This document shows positions 60,583 through 64,000 of a stretch of DNA of 64,000 nucleotides, in pieces (within the stretch, counting starts at the first letter, position 1; each line of letters starts with the position of its first letter). Source of the stretch: an uncultured Candidatus Entotheonella sp. (GTDB lineage: Bacteria > Tectomicrobia > Entotheonellia > Entotheonellales > Entotheonellaceae); contig OZ244252.1 in assembly GCA_965217185.1 (NCBI GenBank), positions 1,792,001 to 1,856,000 on the forward strand. Reading direction: 5' to 3'. The position numbers were made by a program, and so were the translations under genes. The notes beneath the pieces were generated by a model. It searched no databases and was not told the DNA's origin. It worked only from the letters and a program-made list of their open reading frames with translations.

Positions 60583-61161
60583 ATGGCATCTCCGGAAGCA
60601 CCGCCTGGAAAATCCGGTTCGTGGAACGTCACCCTGCTGTGGCTCACGCCGCTCCTCGCACTGGTGGTCATTCTGGCATACGGCTGGTGGACCCGCCCGG
60701 CTCCTGAACCCGACCTCGGACCGCGCGTCGGGCAGCCGCTGGCGGATTTCAACCTGCCGGACATGAACGGCAAGCCGGTGCAACTCGCCGCCCTGCGCGG
60801 CAAGGTCGTGTTCATCAACGTCTGGACGACCTGGTGCCCGCCCTGCATCGAGGAGATGCCGACCATCCAGCGTCTCTACGAGGAAATGCACCCGAAGGGC
60901 CTTGTCGTCCTGGCGATCAACATGGACGCCCTCGGCAGGCAAACCGTTGAGCCGTTCCTCGACAAACGACGCCTCACCTTCCCGGTCCTGCTCGATCCCG
61001 AAAGTCAAACCGAGCGCCTGTACCGAACCGCCGGCGTGCCGGAGAGCTTCATTGTAGACAAAACGGGCCTACTGGTCGAAAAAATCGTCGGCCCGCGGGA
61101 CTGGGCTCATCCGGAGATCATCGCCCTGTTCGAGCGCCTACTGGCGACGCCGCACGGCTAG
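60583..61161 (+). CDS. Membrane-anchored TlpA/ResA-like thioredoxin
   Basis: INVWTTWCPPCIEEMP, GVPESF. Confidence 0.92.
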   Translation: MASPEAPPGKSGSWNVTLLWLTPLLALVVILAYGWWTRPAPEPDLGPRVGQPLADFNLPDMNGKPVQLAALRGKVVFINVWTTWCPPCIEEMPTIQRLYEEMHPKGLVVLAINMDALGRQTVEPFLDKRRLTFPVLLDPESQTERLYRTAGVPESFIVDKTGLLVEKIVGPRDWAHPEIIALFERLLATPHG

Positions 61162-61176
61162 GCATTGCCCGGTGAC

Positions 61177-61701
61177 TTACTGAGACCTCGCGTGATTGAC
61201 GAGATGCTGATGGGAGAATAGGAAGTCCTGATGCTTCAGCGGGGTGTGACACACGACGCACGGGAGTTCGTTGGCTTTTGGCTGACCGTCAGGACCGTAG
61301 AACGCGAAGCCCCAATTGCCCACCCGGTTCTCCGTCGGATAGGCGGCATCCCAATTATCCCGCCTTTCCGCGACGGCAATCGCGGCAAGCTGATCAATGA
61401 CGTAGACCCCGTCGTCGCCCACCATGGCCTTGCCATCGGCATCTTTCTTGGGCTTGTAGACCTCCATGACAAGAATAGAGCCCGAAGCCGCCGTCTTGCC
61501 TGTCTTGTAGCTCGAAATGGCCACGTCATTGGCATACATCTTGGCCACCAGTTCCTTGCCCACGCGGTTCAGAGTCACATAGTTCGTAAAGGACGTGTCG
61601 TAGCCCTCAGGGAAGGCAACGTAATCGGGATCCCCGCCCGCGTACACGCAGACAGCGGACAGGATACACACCAGGGCAACAGCAATCTTGGGGTACGTCA
61701 T
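61177..61701 (-). CDS. Cytochrome P460-superfamily protein (likely c'-beta type)
   Basis: Signal peptide, FPEGY, MYAN, GSILVME, WGFAFY, C-terminal CVVCH...DFLF. Confidence 0.85.
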   Translation of the reverse strand: MTYPKIAVALVCILSAVCVYAGGDPDYVAFPEGYDTSFTNYVTLNRVGKELVAKMYANDVAISSYKTGKTAASGSILVMEVYKPKKDADGKAMVGDDGVYVIDQLAAIAVAERRDNWDAAYPTENRVGNWGFAFYGPDGQPKANELPCVVCHTPLKHQDFLFSHQHLVNHARSQ

Positions 61702-61775
61702 GAGGCTTTCTCCTCTCAGGTCACGTAAAGGATGAACACAACCGGTCTCCGGGTCCAACAAGCGCGTTGGGTCCA

Positions 61776-61800
61776 AAACATGCAGAACAGTTACATGTTT
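61776..61800. promoter_or_regulatory. Putative NsrR operator
   Basis: AAACATG-N11-CATGTTT inverted repeat between divergent cytochrome and nsrR genes; fits ATG-N11-CAT. Confidence 0.7.
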
Positions 61801-61858
61801 AGGATAATCGTGTCAACCGGAAGGTGGGTGTCAGAGGGTAAGGGAGAGAGAGCAGAAC

Positions 61859-62317
61859 ATGCAACTGACAAATTACACCGAATACGCGCTGCGCGTGCTG
61901 ATCTACAGCGCCCTTCACGACCGCCGCGCCACCATCCAGGAAATGAGCTGCGCCTACGGCATTTCGAAAAACCATCTCATGAAGGTTGTACACCAGTTGT
62001 CACAGCACGGCTGGATTGTCGCTACAAGGGGGCGGGGCGGCGGCATCCGGCTGGCTCGGCCACCGGAGGCGATTTCTCTGGGAGCGGTGGTGCGCGACAT
62101 GGAACCCCACTTTCACATCGCGGGATGCTTTAACGAAGCCACCAATCAATGCCCCATCACACCGGCATGCGGCCTGACTGGGGTGTTGCACGAGGCACTG
62201 GAAGCTTTTTTGGCGGCTCTGGATCAGTGTTCCCTGGCTGACGTCACCCGGCGGAAGTCTGCCCTGATACAGTTATTGACCTCTCCCACTACTCTGCGAG
62301 CACAATCTCAAGCGTAA
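61859..62317 (+). CDS. nsrR: Rrf2-family NO-sensing repressor
   Basis: MQLTNYTEYALR, ISKNHLMKVV, RGRGGG, three Cys (C-x6-C-x5-C). Confidence 0.88.
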   Translation: MQLTNYTEYALRVLIYSALHDRRATIQEMSCAYGISKNHLMKVVHQLSQHGWIVATRGRGGGIRLARPPEAISLGAVVRDMEPHFHIAGCFNEATNQCPITPACGLTGVLHEALEAFLAALDQCSLADVTRRKSALIQLLTSPTTLRAQSQA

Positions 62318-62973
62318 GCCCCGGTCCGGTGCCGGACGATCTCGCCCTCGACGGTATAAATCACATCCTCAGCTACGTTGGTCGCCAAGTCGCCGATGCG
62401 CTCCAGATGGCGGGCCACCGACAGCGTGTGCACCAAGCGCTCCACGTCGTCCGGGTTCGAGCGAATCTGATCCTGGATTTCCCGATGGATTTCGCGATTA
62501 TGGCGGTCCACTGCTCGGTCGTTGGCGCACACTTGGCGGGCCAGGGTGGTGTCGTCCTGCACCAGGGCGTCCAGGCTATGCCGCACCATCAACTCGACCT
62601 CGCGTGCCATGGCCGCCAGGCTTGAGGGTAGCGTCTGGCGCGGATACTGGGACAGATACTCGGCACGCCGCGCGATATTGACCGCCTTGTCCGCCATACG
62701 TTCCAGGTCGTTGTTGATCTTCAGGACGGCGACGACAAACCGCAAGTCAACTGCTACCGGCTGATACAACGCCAGCAGCTTCAGGCAGTCCTCCTCCACC
62801 TCGACTTCCATCTGATCCACGTCGTTGTCCCCTTCGACGACCTCGAGCGCCAGCGCCGCATCGTTCTTCACCACCGAGTCGATGGCTTTGGCGATTCGCT
62901 CCTCCACCATGGCGCTCAACCCCAAGAGCTTCTGCTTGAGCCCTTCGATTTCTCGCAGGAAGTGCTGTGACAT
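62308..62973 (-). CDS. phoU: Phosphate signalling protein PhoU
   Basis: QPVAVDLR, DLERMAD, LERIGDLATNVAE. Confidence 0.95.
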   Translation of the reverse strand: MSQHFLREIEGLKQKLLGLSAMVEERIAKAIDSVVKNDAALALEVVEGDNDVDQMEVEVEEDCLKLLALYQPVAVDLRFVVAVLKINNDLERMADKAVNIARRAEYLSQYPRQTLPSSLAAMAREVELMVRHSLDALVQDDTTLARQVCANDRAVDRHNREIHREIQDQIRSNPDDVERLVHTLSVARHLERIGDLATNVAEDVIYTVEGEIVRHRTGAYA

Positions 62974-63003
62974 GGAACCCTCCTTTCCCTCTCTGGACGG
63001 CGG

Positions 63004-63819
63004 CTACCCGAAACGGCCCGTAATGTAATCTTGGGTTTGCTTCTTGACAGGGGACCTGAAAATGTTCGCCGTCTCGCCGAACTCGACCAACTCCCCGAGG
63101 TACATGAAGGCCGTGTAATCCGACACCCGCGACGCCTGCTGCATGTTGTGCGTCACGATCAACACCGTGTAGTCCTGCTTCAATTCGTGGATCAGGTCCT
63201 CGACACGTCCGGTGGCGATAGGGTCCAACGCCGAGCACGGCTCGTCCATGAGAATCACGTCTGGATTCACCGCGATGGCGCGCGCGATGCACATCCGCTG
63301 CATCTGGCCGCCGGAAAGCTGCAACGCCGATTCCTTCAGCCGGTCCTTCACCTCGTCCCACAACGCCGCACCGCGCAGGCTGTGCTCGACCGTCTCGTCA
63401 AGCTGCGCCTTGTTGGACACCCCGGCGATACGCAGGCCGTAGATGACGTTTTCGTAAATCGACTTGGGAAACGGGTTGTACTTCTGGAACACCATGCCGA
63501 CCCGCCGCCGTAGATAAATGACGTCCAACGTCGGCACATTGACGTTCTCACCGTCCAGCTCGATGACACCGTCCACCCGTACGTTCTCCACCAAGTCATT
63601 CATGCGGTTGAAGCACCGTAGCAGCGTGGATTTGCCGCAACCCGACGGCCCGATGAACGCCGTCACCTGATTGCGCGGTACCAGCATGCTGACGTCCTTC
63701 AACGCCATGACGCTGCCATAGTAGAAATGGAGGTTTTCCACCCTGATGATCGGATCGAGGATTTTGACCTCTTCCGTCATGGTATCCGGCGCTTCCAACG
63801 GTTGGTCTGGCAGTGCCAT
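63004..63819 (-). CDS. pstB: Phosphate ABC transporter ATPase
   Basis: [29 protein letters not shown]. Confidence 0.96.
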   Translation of the reverse strand: MALPDQPLEAPDTMTEEVKILDPIIRVENLHFYYGSVMALKDVSMLVPRNQVTAFIGPSGCGKSTLLRCFNRMNDLVENVRVDGVIELDGENVNVPTLDVIYLRRRVGMVFQKYNPFPKSIYENVIYGLRIAGVSNKAQLDETVEHSLRGAALWDEVKDRLKESALQLSGGQMQRMCIARAIAVNPDVILMDEPCSALDPIATGRVEDLIHELKQDYTVLIVTHNMQQASRVSDYTAFMYLGELVEFGETANIFRSPVKKQTQDYITGRFG

Positions 63820-63836
63820 ACGATGTCCTTTCCTGG

Positions 63837-64000
63837 TTAAAACACCCCGGTGGCGTATTTGCGCCGCAGCCGGTCGCGAATCCAGATGGCCCCGACATTC
63901 AGCACCATGACGAGGGCAATGAGTAGCAGGGTGGTGGCAAACACCATCGGTTTCGCCGCCTCGGAATCGGGCGACTGAAAGCCGAGATCGAAAATATGAA
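63837..64000 (-). CDS. pstA: Phosphate ABC permease PstA (3' end only)
   Basis: Manual reading [48 protein letters not shown]; directly upstream of pstB. Confidence 0.85.
   Translation of the reverse strand, partial: HIFDLGFQSPDSEAAKPMVFATTLLLIALVMVLNVGAIWIRDRLRRKYATGVF

Overview
GC-rich bacterial window. The gene content (LLM/F420 oxidoreductase, thiolase/DUF35 pair, FN3/RTX surface protein, many palindromic repeats) resembles sponge-symbiont lineages such as Ca. Tectomicrobia, but that is inference only. Core-looking genes include an xanthine-dehydrogenase-family Mo subunit, a B12-type radical SAM enzyme, a methionine/transsulfuration cluster (with a MetB-like/NifU-C fusion), an M1 aminopeptidase, msrP, copA, nsrR with a P460-superfamily cytochrome, and phoU-pstB-pstA. 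Defence and accessory modules are interleaved: an ABC-type ATPase + PD-(D/E)xK pair, a PaeR7I/XhoI-type R-M pair, a TerY-PP2C-kinase triad, HicAB, DUF433/PIN-like and an orphan MTase. Mobile elements include a 151-bp MITE, a frameshifted IS with a 6-bp TSD, and an RT-encoding group II intron inside a broken lipoprotein gene. The most striking structure is a 6.6-kb transposase-free unit (49551-56176) bounded by two copies of a MITE and an 8-bp target-site duplication (GGAATGCG). It carries a FN3/RTX surface-protein gene with a (GGCTC)55 tract in its 5' coding region. The right-hand MITE is precisely interrupted by a 760-nt ORF-less group II intron whose putative EBS1/EBS2 are complementary to the MITE terminal repeat.
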